NCBI GenBank assembly: GCA_963664015.2
Contig: CAXXLF010000002.1
Location: 2,183,816 to 2,247,815, forward strand
From: Candidatus Binatia bacterium
GTDB lineage: Bacteria; Desulfobacterota; Binatia; UBA9968; CAXXLF01
Direction of reading: 5' to 3'
Length of the DNA: 64,000 nt
In this document: one piece after another, positions 52,088 through 62,528 of the stretch
Layout: each line of letters begins with the position of its first letter
Numbering within the stretch: position 1 is the first letter of the stretch
The notes under the pieces: generated by a model
Told to the model about the DNA's origin: nothing
The model's input: the letters and a program-made list of their open reading frames with translations, nothing else
Database searches by the model: none
Made by a program: the position numbers and the translations under genes

Positions 52088-52662
52088 TACTTCAACGCCC
52101 CTTTGATCGTATGGATTTTTGCAACATAGCCAATGGTCTCTTTGCTGTGCCGGCCTGTGACGTGAGGCAAAGTCTGCTCTATAGACCTCCACAAGTTGCG
52201 GCTCAGCCCCTTCTTCTTTGCAACCCTTTGTGCCTTAATAATATTGCCTTTGCCAGCGTTGAAAGACGCGAACATGAAATTAATGCGGTCTTGCAATGGA
52301 CGTTTGCCCTTCCACGCCTTCCACAGCGTCCTGTCATAATAAATCCCTGCAGCGATGTTCCAACGTGGTTGTTCTCTCGTGCTTTTAATACTTGGGTTCT
52401 TCCTCCGAATTTCTTCAAAAGTCTTGGGCATAATTTGCATAACACCTAGTGCACCCACGCGTGATCTGGCTTTTGCTCGCAATCTCGATTCTGCAACAGC
52501 TTGAGCCTTGAAGTGCTTCCAATCAAAACCTGGGCCAAAAAATCTCTTTGAATATTTTGAGAAATATTCATCATAGGTGACTACCCTATTATATCGCTGA
52601 AAAGCGTGAGCGTAGTAGGGTATGAGCAGCAGTACAACTATGAGAACGAATCTTTTCATCAT
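52087..52662 (-). CDS. Secreted lytic transglycosylase (SLT domain, MltF-like catalytic domain)
   Basis: Signal peptide; DW..FKAQAVAES, SRVGALGVMQIMPKT, NIAAGIYY, ASFNAGKG, ETIGYV. Confidence 0.9.
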   Translation of the reverse strand: MMKRFVLIVVLLLIPYYAHAFQRYNRVVTYDEYFSKYSKRFFGPGFDWKHFKAQAVAESRLRAKARSRVGALGVMQIMPKTFEEIRRKNPSIKSTREQPRWNIAAGIYYDRTLWKAWKGKRPLQDRINFMFASFNAGKGNIIKAQRVAKKKGLSRNLWRSIEQTLPHVTGRHSKETIGYVAKIHTIKGALK

Positions 52663-53034
52663 TGTTTTTTCTTCAGACGTTGTTCGCCTCCTGTCGCCGA
52701 GCCGGTAGGGTCATACCCGTGCTCATATCGTGTCTCCTCAAGATGGCTTCCTTCATTCCCCCCTCCGTTGGCCTCACCTTACGCTAGAAGCCACTCAGTG
52801 ATAGGGGAGGCTCATGCTTATTAGTCTGTGACTAAGAGACCAATATCACGGGGGGGGGTTGTCGACCATTTAAGCATGCCATTAAACGTGGACCGAGGGC
52901 TGCCGTTGGTCAAAGTGGGTAGTATCAATAGATTCCCAGCAAAGCAGGTGCTTTGATGGTTGGAGCAAGGAAGCGTTAATAATTAGCCTTCTTGGGGGTT
53001 TTCTTTGTGAGGCCGTGGCAAGGCTGAGCCATAA

Positions 53035-53355
53035 TCATTTGTAAAATGTACAGAAAGAGGGAAGAGCGTTGTCAAGCAGGTAGGCTTCTTCTTGTGGAGT
53101 CAAGGGGCGGTACCCAGGGTAAAACTCCTGTTGCGCTGTTTTGATTCGGGCAGCCTTATCTGCGTCACATTCTTTGGCCGTATCGAAAGCCTTGATGTTA
53201 AATATTTCAATAGTTAGGGAGGCCTTAGTTGTCATTTCCGCAGAAATAGGCTGCGGGTTGATATTAGGGAGATAGGCCACCGAACCCGGCAGTGTTTGTC
53301 GGCCAGAAAGATCTTGACAAGTCAAGGTAAAGGATGGACATTGCGACGGATTCAT
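53035..53355 (-). CDS. Hypothetical protein or fragment
   Basis: 106-aa ORF with no recognisable motif. Confidence 0.35.
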   Translation of the reverse strand: MNPSQCPSFTLTCQDLSGRQTLPGSVAYLPNINPQPISAEMTTKASLTIEIFNIKAFDTAKECDADKAARIKTAQQEFYPGYRPLTPQEEAYLLDNALPSFCTFYK

Positions 53356-53429
53356 ACTTGATAAGTAGGGCCGTTCTCGGAGTTAGGCCGACCGGCATTT
53401 GTCGCCGCCTAAAGCGGCTCACTTAATAG

Positions 53430-54143
53430 TTAGATTAAACTTCCCATGTTATTGGGGGTTTCGTTATGGTTGCTTTTGATAATTTCCACATTATGAATTG
53501 TTTCTATTTATTCTTAAACATACGTCTCCAATTTAGCGGGACGTTCCAATCATTTATAGAGAGGTAAATGTCATGCTTTATGAACTGACGGTTATACAGT
53601 TTAGCAAAATGCTTAAAAACTTAAGTGCCATACTTGAAAAAGGAAAGATCTTCGCGGAAACAAAAAAAATTGATGTCAATATCCTGCTTAATTCACGTTT
53701 AGCAGTAGATCAATTTAATTTGACCCGCCAAATACAAAGTGCATGTGACACCGCCAAGTTGGGCGTTGCACGTTTGGCAGGCAAAGAAGATACAGCCCCA
53801 AAACACGAAAATGGTGAAGCAACTATTGCTGAGCTACAAGAGCGTATCCACTCTGTATTAGATTATTTGTCTGGCTTTACCCGCGAAGACCTTGCGATAG
53901 CTGAGACACAAAAAATCACTCAGCCACGTTGGGGGGGGAAGTATTTGAATGGCCTAGAGTTTGCCATTGAGGATGCTATTCCAAATATATGCTTCCACGT
54001 TACTACCGCTTACTCAATCTTGCGTCACAACGGCGTAGAAATTGGTAAAAAAGACTACTTAGGTACCATGCCTTATAAGTCTTAATTTTACGAAATTTTA
54101 ATCTAACAAAGCGGTGCACCGGAGAAGCCGGTGCACCGGGGCG
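53430..54143 (+). mobile_element. Integron gene cassette (orphan, no intI in window)
   Basis: Starts G|TTAGATTAAA (53429), ends TTTAATCTAAC (54097-54107, 11-bp complement) + hairpin + G|TTAAAA. Confidence 0.75.
53573..54085 (+). CDS. DUF1993 family protein
   Basis: L.NL..IL.K, SRLAVDQFNLTRQIQ..CD.AK..ARL, PN..FHVTTAY.ILRHNGVEIGKKDYL. Confidence 0.92.
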   Translation: MLYELTVIQFSKMLKNLSAILEKGKIFAETKKIDVNILLNSRLAVDQFNLTRQIQSACDTAKLGVARLAGKEDTAPKHENGEATIAELQERIHSVLDYLSGFTREDLAIAETQKITQPRWGGKYLNGLEFAIEDAIPNICFHVTTAYSILRHNGVEIGKKDYLGTMPYKS

Positions 54144-54149
54144 TTAAAA
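54101..54149 (+). other. attC-like recombination site (short, 49 bp)
   Basis: ATCTAAC-AAAGC-GGTGCACCGG-AGAAG-CCGGTGCACC-GGGGC-GTTAAAA, 15 bp after stop codon. Confidence 0.7.
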
Positions 54150-54357
54150 ATCCCACCAATCAACATCCCAGAACCCGATTAAGCGACGCTTTGGAATGTC
54201 GGGAAGTACATTAGTGGTAGGGGTTTTGTTCGGGAATCTACTCAGTGCGAAAAACTCTCCCACGCACAGGCATTTGCGGGGGACTGGTACGGAGCCCGCA
54301 TCGTTGAAAAACCAAGAGTGAAGACATCCGCAACTACATCTGAGTGAGGACAAGGCA

Positions 54358-57300
54358 GTGTCCAGAAATACGGTTGTTATCCAATTATTAATTATACTGT
54401 TTATAATATTGCTAAGTGGTTACGCTTATGCGAAGAAGACGAATAAATATTGGGTAGCAAAAAAAATCTTGGCACCAAGTATTGGGATGATAATGCGAAC
54501 TGGTCCCATACCTCTGGGGGAAAAGGTGGAAAGTCCTATCCAGAAATAGGTGATAAAGTAATATTTGATAAAAAAAGTAAAGTTGACTGTACTTTAAAAG
54601 CGAAAGCCAAAACTCGACGCCTTCTGGTAGCGTCTACCTACACTGGCACTATCAATTTAGCTGGCTTCAACATGCACTCTAAGCAGGGAGTCCAGATACA
54701 TGGTGGAACTATCGAGGTTCCGTCAGGTTCACTACTATCAACTGGAAAATGGAACTCTATAGTTGGTAAGGCCGCCACCGTAAATGCCAAAGATGGCGAA
54801 CTAAGTTTTGGTAATGGTTTAACAATAAAGGGAACTCTGAATGCTCCCGACAGCGCGCCATTTACTGTGAAGGGTGTTTGGGCAAATTCTGGGACCTTCA
54901 CCCATAATTCAGGTACCGTCATTTTTAATCCACGAAAAAATAACCGTCCAATTAATCCAGGAGGTACAGGGTCGGGTAACAACTTCTACAACGTAATAAA
55001 AGTAGGTAAACTAACCAATAAGCTAACAAGTGCAATCAGCCTTAACGATTTCGAAATTGCATTAAAGGGCGGCACATGGTACGCGCAAGGCAACGACATG
55101 GCAGTGTCAGGAAATTGGAAGGTAAATAAGAATTCTAACTATGACCATGGTAATAATACTGTAACCTTTGACGGCTCCGCTTCCCAAACGATCAATGTCG
55201 CTCCTAACAATGGAGATTTTTATAACCTTACTGTGTCCAACACGACCGATGATGGTGTATCTTTGGAATCTAACGCTATTCAGATTGATAATAAGATTAC
55301 CATTAGCGCAAGCTCTAGCCTGGACATAAACGGCCAAAGTTTAACCGCTGCTGAATTGGATAATGCTGGCACCTTGCAGCTTCAGGGAGACGAAACGGTT
55401 GCCATTACAAGCATGGATGTCGATTCCGGCACGGTTACTTATGACGGCACAAGCAGCTATGCACAGCTCGCAGCAGGCGACCAATATTATAACCTTACAT
55501 TGAATTCTTCAGAAACGATTACCTTAGACGCAGACTTAGATGTTAACGGTGCGCTTACTATCACTGATGGCACTTTGGATGTGTCGAGCAGCAATTACGA
55601 TATTAATGTTGGTGGCAATTGGAGCAATAGCGGTATTTTTGTTTCTCGCTCCGGTAATGTCACCTTTGACGGTACTTCTACCGTCACAACCGGTGGTGTT
55701 AGCGATAACAAAGACTTCCACCATGTAACTTTTAATGGCAGCCAAGCAAGTCAATCAACGGATGCAATCGATATAAATGGCGATTTTACAATAAGTGGTG
55801 GGACTTGGTCTACTAATGGCCTTTGTACGTACGTCGGTGGTAGCACAAGTATTTCGGGCACCGGTGCGCTTAATAAACCAATTTCCTTAGCATTTACATT
55901 CAACCCTGCAAAATCGGCTACTAGCGTTGCAGTGGGATCAAACATAACCATAACCTTTAATGCGGCGGTAAGAAATACTGATAATACCGATCTGACAAAT
56001 GCCAATGTCGATAGCCTGATTACCCTTAAGGACACTAACGCTAGCGGTTCTGATATTGCGTTTGATGCGACGATTGATTCAACTCAAAAAATTATCACTG
56101 TCAATCCAAATAGTGACTTTTCAAGTGAACAAACTGTTTACGTTGCTATTGGCGCGACAGTTGAAAATTCCTGTGACGAAGCAATAAGTGATGACGAGGC
56201 AACTTTTACAGTAGTTGACGTTAAATTACCGACGTTAACCTCTTCATCTCCATCTGATGGCGCTACGGGAATTGGTGTGAACGCCAACCTGTACTGACCT
56301 TTTCCGAAGCTGTGGACGCGGAAAGCGGTAATATTACAATCAAGAAATCATCCGACGACTCGACGGTCGAGACAGTCGATGTTACCGGCGACAAGGCGTC
56401 CGGTTCAGGTTCAACGGAGATTACTATCGACCCATCAACCACATTGGGTGGATCAACAGGCTATTACATCACTATCGATGCCTCTGCGTTTGACGATAGT
56501 TCCAGCAATTCCTATGCCGGGATCAGCGATGCAGCAACACTTAACTTTACAACCGCCGATATTGCTGTACCGACGTTATCCTCTTCATCTCCATCTGATG
56601 GCGCTACGGGGATTGGTGTGAACGCCAACCTTGTACTGACCTTTTCCGAAGCTGTGGACGCGGAAAGCGGTAATATTACAATCAAGAAATCATCCGACGA
56701 CTCGACGGTCGAGATAGTCGATGTTACCGGCGACAAGGCGTCCGGTTCAGGTTCAACGGAGATTACTATCGACCCATCAACCACATTGGATGGATCAACA
56801 GGCTATTACATCACTATCGATGCTTCGGCGTTTGACGATAGTTCCAGCAATTCCAATGCCGGGATCAGCGATGCAACAACACTTAACTTTACAACCGCCG
56901 ATATTGCTGCACCGACGTTATCCTCTTCGTCTCCATCTGATGGCGCTACGGGAATTGGTGTGAACGCCAACCTTGTACTGACCTTTTCCGAAGCTGTGGA
57001 CGCGGAAAGCGGTAATATTACAATCAAGAAATCATCCGACGACTCGACGGTCGAGACAGTCGATGTTACCGGCGACAAGGCATCCGGTTCAGGTTCAACG
57101 GAGATTACTATCGACCCATCAACCACATTGGATGGATCAACAGGCTATTACATCACTATCGATGCCTCTGCGTTTGACGATAGTTCCAGCAATTCCTATG
57201 CCGGGATCAGCGATGCAACAACACTTAACTTTACAACCGCCGATATTGCTGCACCGACGTTAACATTCAGCCCCGCTAACTCCGCAAGTGGAATTGCACC

Positions 57301-60300
57301 AGATGCGGACATAACCATAACCTTTAATGAGGCGATAAGAAATACTGATGATACCGATCTGACAAATGCCAATGTCGATAGCTTGATTACCCTTAAAGAC
57401 ACTAACTCTAACGGATCCGATGTAGCCTTTGATGCAAGCATCGATTCTGCATACAAGGTTGTCACAATCAATCCGAGCAGTGACTTTTCCAGTCAACAGA
57501 CTATTTACGTTGCCATCGGTTCAACCGTTGAGGACGCTTCGGGTAATGCAATCAGTCCAGATTCAGCAACCTTCCAAGCAGCTGCCTCTAACACCCCCCT
57601 GACATTGACATTCAGCCCCGCTAGCTCCGCAATCGGTGTTGCGATAAGTAGAAACATAACGCTTACATTTGATAAAGCGGTAAGGAATACTGATGATACC
57701 AATCTGACAAATGCCAATGTCGATAGCTTGATTACCCTCAAAGATACTAACTCTAGCGGCTCTGATATTGCGTTTAATGCGACGATTGATTCAACTCAAA
57801 AAACTATCACTGTCAATCCAAGTAGTGACTTTTTAAGTGAACAAACTGTTTACGTTGCTATTGGCGAGACAGTTGAGGATTTCTTTGACAATTCTATCAG
57901 TGCTACCTCAGCAATCTTCGCTGTCGCAGACACAACTGCACCAACGGCAGTCTTTGATCCAGACGATTTAGAAACTGCGGTCGCAGTTGGTGCCAACATA
58001 ACGATTACTTTTAATGAACTGGTAAGGCACACCGACAATACTGCTCTGGACGATTCTAATGTTGATAGCCTGATTACGGTCAAAGATACCGACTCCAGCG
58101 GTTCTGATATTGCGTTTGATGCGACGGTTGATAATGCGAATAAAATTATCACTATCAATCCAAGTAGTGATTTTTCAAGTGAACAGACTGTTTATGTTGC
58201 CATAGGCGGAACGTTAGAGGACTCTTCCGGAAATTTAATTACTGCCACCTCGGCAACCTTTAATGCAGCAGACACTACACCTCCAGCGGTTAGTTTTACT
58301 CCACAGCACTCCGCAACCGGTGTCGCAGTCAATTCTGACATAACAATAGCGTTCGATGAGAAGGTACAGCATACTGATGATACGGTCTTGACAGATCGCA
58401 ATGTGGACAGCCTGATTACTCTAAAACAGAATAACTCCAGTGGCTCTGATATTCCCTTTGATGCTGTCGTGGATGCCGCGAAGCAACTGATTACCATCAC
58501 GCTCACTAATAGCTTTTCAAGTGAACAGACTGTTTACCTTGCCATAGGTGCAACCCTTGAGGACCAATCCGGAAACGCAAACATCGCAGCCTCCGCTACT
58601 TTTACGACCGCCGACGCTACCGCACCTAGTGTGAGTTTTCTCCCACCAGATTCTTCAAGTGGTATTCCGATCACCTCGAATGTAGTCCTGACTTTTAGTG
58701 AAGCAGTACGGCGTCCTGACAACGTGACCCTAACAAATTTAAACGTAGGAGGCCTTATCACGCTTGAATATATTTTCGACCATTCTCCTGTTGCATTTAC
58801 GGCTTCTATCGATTCTGCAAAGAAGGTAATCACTGTCATTCCTAACAGTGACTTTACAAGTGGGCGCGTTGTGTATGTGGCTATCGAGTCTGTAGAAGAT
58901 TTCTCTGATAACGGAATGGGGGCAACTTCAGGAACCTTTAGCGTAAATGACTCTACAGCCCCCACTCTGGAATTTAGCCCGGCCGATTCATCTAATGCGG
59001 TGTCTTTAGATTCGAATATCACTTTAACCTTTGATGAGGAAATCAGATTGATTGATGATTCAGAGGTTACAGATGCTAATGTCGATAGTTTGATCACTCT
59101 TAAAGATGCAAATCCCAGCGGGTCCAATATCTCCTTTGACGCGACGATTGATTCTGCTAAAAAAGAAATAACCATTAATTTAAATAATGACTTATCGAGT
59201 GATCAGATTGTTTATGTTGCGATAGGAGCGACGGTAGAAGACTCTTATAACAACGCAATAAATTCAGCATCTGCTACGTTTACATCCGCCGACTCTCTCC
59301 CCCCGACGGTTACAATAGAAGCCGTCATCACAGCATCCATTGCTACAGACTCGGACATAACATTTACTTTTAGCGAGCCTGTAAGAAATTTAGACGACAC
59401 AGCGTTGACAAACGCTAATGTTGGAAGCTTGCTCGCCTTGAAAGACACTGACGCGAATGGATTTGATATACCTTTTTCCGCAACTATTAACTCGGCAAAA
59501 ACAATCATGACAATTAATCCGACCAGTAATTTTACAAGCAAACAGAACATCTACGCTGCCTTAGGTCCAACAGTGGAAGATTACGCTGATAATGCAGTTC
59601 CGGCATCGAGTCAAACGTTTGTGGCTGAGTACTTAGCGTCTTCTCTTTCAAACCCATTTTCTGAGAAAGATTTTGTTGGTTTGATCGAGTCACAAGCAGA
59701 AACCTCCAAACTATTTATGCGTCAATCTGCGAACGCGGTATTGGAGCGAATGGAATGGCTAAGACGTCACAGAAAAGTCAAAAACCTCTCTAACCAAGGA
59801 ATAAGAATAAAATTTATTAACCCGGCTTTTGACCAAATCGCAAGGGCCGTGCAATTACCCGCTTACATTAATCAATCGGGTGAGTTGTTAAGAAATGATT
59901 GGGCAATTTGGAGTGAAGGTAGCGTAACTATTGGCAAGGTTAATGCAACAGAAAGTTCGTCTATGAAAGACATCAAAAGTACAGGTATAAGCCTGGGAGT
60001 TGACAAGAAAATTGATGAACACCGCATGTTGGGCTCTGCTCTGAGAATATCTAATTATGACGTTGGAGTAGGGTCGTCTGGAAATAATTTGAAGACTAAG
60101 GCCTATAGCCTTTCTTTATACGGAACAGCTCCGTTTAACGACGGCACATATATCGATGGCATCGTTGGAATTGGAAGTCTAAAAATAGACCAAGTCCGAA
60201 AACACGAGTCAGGAACGCTGCGTGGCAGTCGGTATGGAAAACAGTTATTTGGATCAATTGTATTTAGTGGCGAGTTCGAACGCGAGGAATTCACTGTCTC

Positions 60301-60895
60301 ACCATACGGAAGATTAAATGCTGGGTATTCTAAATTATCCAGTTTTAGAGACTCGGGAACGATCGCTGCTCTTACCTACAAAAAGCAAACACTGATAAAT
60401 GGAAGGGTTTCTTTGGGACTTCTCATGGACCACACGATTCGGATTGAGGGTGTTTCGCTAAAACCGAATGGTCGTTTTGAGTACGGTAAAGAGGTATACT
60501 CTTCATCAGATGCGGTTGTTTCTTACCTAGGTACTCCAGGTACAGAGTACACTTTGAAAATTGACGACGAGAAAACGGATAACCTCCGAGCCGGCGTGGG
60601 AATTGATGTGGAAACGGTTGGAGCATGGGGATTTAAAGCGAATTATGAAAGAAGTCAGACAATAAAATCCGGTTATACAAACACAGTTAAAATTAGTGCG
60701 TCATACTTCTTGAATACCAACACACAATACGAGCTTTCCTTTGTTTCTGATGGGTCTCCAAATGCGGAAATTGAAATGGGGATTGATCTTGGATTAATAA
60801 GTGACTGGTCTCTCAATGCCAGTTGTGCGCTTGCCCAAACAGAAAATGCGAAATACCGAACCACCGCACAATTGCGCGCGCAATTGTCTTTCTAA
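54358..60895 (+). pseudogene. Giant (~2180 aa if repaired) Ig-like-repeat surface protein with C-terminal autotransporter beta-barrel; frameshifts at ~54460 and ~56290
   Basis: Signal peptide in 54358..54549; beta-helix-like region; ~11 repeats APT..F.P.D.A..V....NIT.TF.E.V; barrel with terminal Phe (AQLSF). Confidence 0.85.
56229..57253 (+). repeat. Three near-identical 342-bp (114-aa) tandem repeats; first copy 341 bp
   Basis: Units start ccgacgtta at 56229, 56570, 56912 (next 57254); copy 1 aacctgtact vs aaccttgtact in copies 2-3. Confidence 0.95.
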
Positions 60896-61224
60896 TTTTC
60901 GTTACAGGCTTTACTATTTATCGGCGAACCAGGCGTGGATAGTTCTGCAATCTATAATTCGGAATTCATTCATTTTCTTTAGGCAGAAATTCTCTCGCAC
61001 TGAATTGCCCTTTATCTTTAAACTCAATTGATATCATCGAGGTATAGAGGCCTTAAGAATTAGTTAGAAGTTAGTTATGGCCAACCCCCATTGAGTGGTC
61101 CGATTTTAATGTTAGTTCATGGTGGGCCTAGGTTCCAGTGAGAGGTTATACGGCGCAGCGGGCCACTCGACGAGCGCAGGCACGAAGACCTCCAGAGCAG
61201 GGGCTTGGTAGCCGAGGCATGTGG

Positions 61225-61405
61225 CGGCGCGTTGGCGACCAAGCTGCTGTCGGCGGGGAACACCGCGCAAGAAAAGTCTAGCTGCTCCTTAATGTTGACT
61301 GAGTACGATGTGTTTTTTAGAACTCCACCCATTTGCTCGGTGATCGACATGAACAGATTGTTGAACACTTCGGGCATTACCGGATCCGCCTCGGTGCCAA
61401 CCGAA
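61225..61405 (-). pseudogene. Hydantoinase B/5-oxoprolinase internal fragment
   Basis: [47 protein letters not shown]. Confidence 0.85.
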
Positions 61406-61711
61406 GTCTTAGATGTTCGCGGCCCGTAACTTGTCTCGTGCTGGAATTCCCGAATAGGTTGCAATGCAGATGACCGGCCACAAGACAAACTCCAGGTACC
61501 GGCGTTATCGAATAGTGAATGAGCCGGATCTTAAAGAGGGAACAGAGAAATTACAGTCCCATCTCGAGGAACAGACTAAGGCATCTGTAATTGTCCCTAT
61601 TGTAATGAATCCTGAGAGTGCAGCGAGATGAGAACAGCCCCAAATTGGTGTTAGTTGCGTGAGCGGTGGAATTGCGTCGATGGTTAAGCCAAGGGAATAT
61701 TTAGAGAAAAT

Positions 61712-61760
61712 TGGTGGAGCCGATCGGGATCGAACCGACGACCTCTTGAATGCCATTCAA
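61712..61760 (-). repeat. att site: 3' half of tRNA-Ala(GGC), second copy
   Basis: TTGAATGGCATTCAAGAGGTCGTCGGTTCGATCCCGATCGGCTCCACCA on minus strand; D-arm and 5' acceptor strand absent. Confidence 0.9.
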
Positions 61761-62125
61761 TTCCTAGCAATGTCTAGGGCCTAAACCTTCCTACAAAATC
61801 CAATCATTTCAAGCCCCAGAGGTCTGATTGATCGGTAGCTTCTGGGGCTTGTCTGTACCAGTACACGGACAAAAGACGGACAGTAGAAATCGAAAGGAGG
61901 AAGGCCCTTTTTTGGGGCTTATATCGCAGTTTACCCAAAAAACACTTGAGTAGTGCCTGAGTTTGAATTTCTCCGCTTGTTAGGGACAGCGTGGCACCGG
62001 TTTCTGTTCTTTCGTATCTATCAGCCCCACAATCGGATGTTAGGCGACAGATTCAGTTCATCAACAAGCTGTTTAGGGTTGCCCGGAGCTTTCTTATTTC
62101 TGACTTCATCGAATGATTGGGGGTC

Positions 62126-62154
62126 TTGACAAGGCACAGAATGTGTTCTATATA
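62126..62154 (+). promoter_or_regulatory. sigma70 promoter with internal palindrome; leaderless start
   Basis: TTGACA-17bp-TATATA, CACAGAATGTG in spacer, ATG 7 nt after the -10 with no RBS. Confidence 0.7.
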
Positions 62155-62160
62155 TGACAC

Positions 62161-62514
62161 ATGACAAGTTTTGGCGAAACCACCCGGAAGATTCGTGAGC
62201 GCCTGCGCAAGGAAGATCGAAGTTTTTCTTTGCGCAAGGTCGCCCAACGCATCGGGATAGAGCCGGCCTATTTGAGCAAGATCGAGCGGGGCGACGTGGC
62301 GCCGCCTTCGGAAGCTACGACGGTCCGGCTGGCAAAGGAACTGGCTGAGGACCCGGACGTATTCCTGGCCATGGCGGGGAAGGTCTCCGGCGATCTGCAG
62401 GAGATCATCCGTAAGCGACCCAGACTGTTCGCGGAGTTGATCAGACAACTGAAGGAAGCACCTGATGACGCCATTCTCCGAGTGGTGCGGGAGGTGCGAG
62501 ACGGAGATTGGTAA
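62161..62514 (+). CDS. XRE-family HTH transcriptional regulator
   Basis: SLRKVAQRIGIEPAYLSKIERG..PPSE. Confidence 0.9.
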   Translation: MTSFGETTRKIRERLRKEDRSFSLRKVAQRIGIEPAYLSKIERGDVAPPSEATTVRLAKELAEDPDVFLAMAGKVSGDLQEIIRKRPRLFAELIRQLKEAPDDAILRVVREVRDGDW

Positions 62515-62528
62515 GGAGGACAACATCA

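Larger units (their letters stand above)
51693..52885. mobile_element. Non-autonomous insert with TTAATG...CATTAA ends, no target duplication, no recombinase
   Basis: Removing it restores the xis frame; ends TTAATG-N15-TCAACA and (reverse complement) TTAATG-N14-TCGACA. Confidence 0.65.
51623..52986 (+). pseudogene. Excisionase/HTH_17-like gene interrupted by 1193-bp insert
   Basis: MEQYISTNDLMELLVISRSTVYR (51623-51691) + HVDRGLPLVKVGSINRFPAKQVL*WLE (from 52886) join in frame. Confidence 0.75.
51297..61760. mobile_element. ~10.4-kb genomic island bounded by tRNA-Ala 3' direct repeats; no integrase
   Basis: 47-bp direct repeats, AT-richer cargo, xis-like remnant next to left repeat. Confidence 0.85.

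Noticed and set aside
54150-54357. Possible second integron cassette carrying the giant autotransporter
   Set aside because: No complementary TTTTAAC inverse core site or attC hairpin was found after the gene's stop at 60895
56229-57253. CRISPR array or DGR template/variable repeat
   Set aside because: Units are 342-bp in-frame coding repeats without spacers; differences are not adenine-specific, and no cas or reverse transcriptase gene is in the window
61078-61115. TGGCCAACCCCC..AGTGGTCC..ATGTTAG resembling an IS terminal inverted repeat
   Set aside because: No partner repeat or transposase found in the window; resemblance is from memory only
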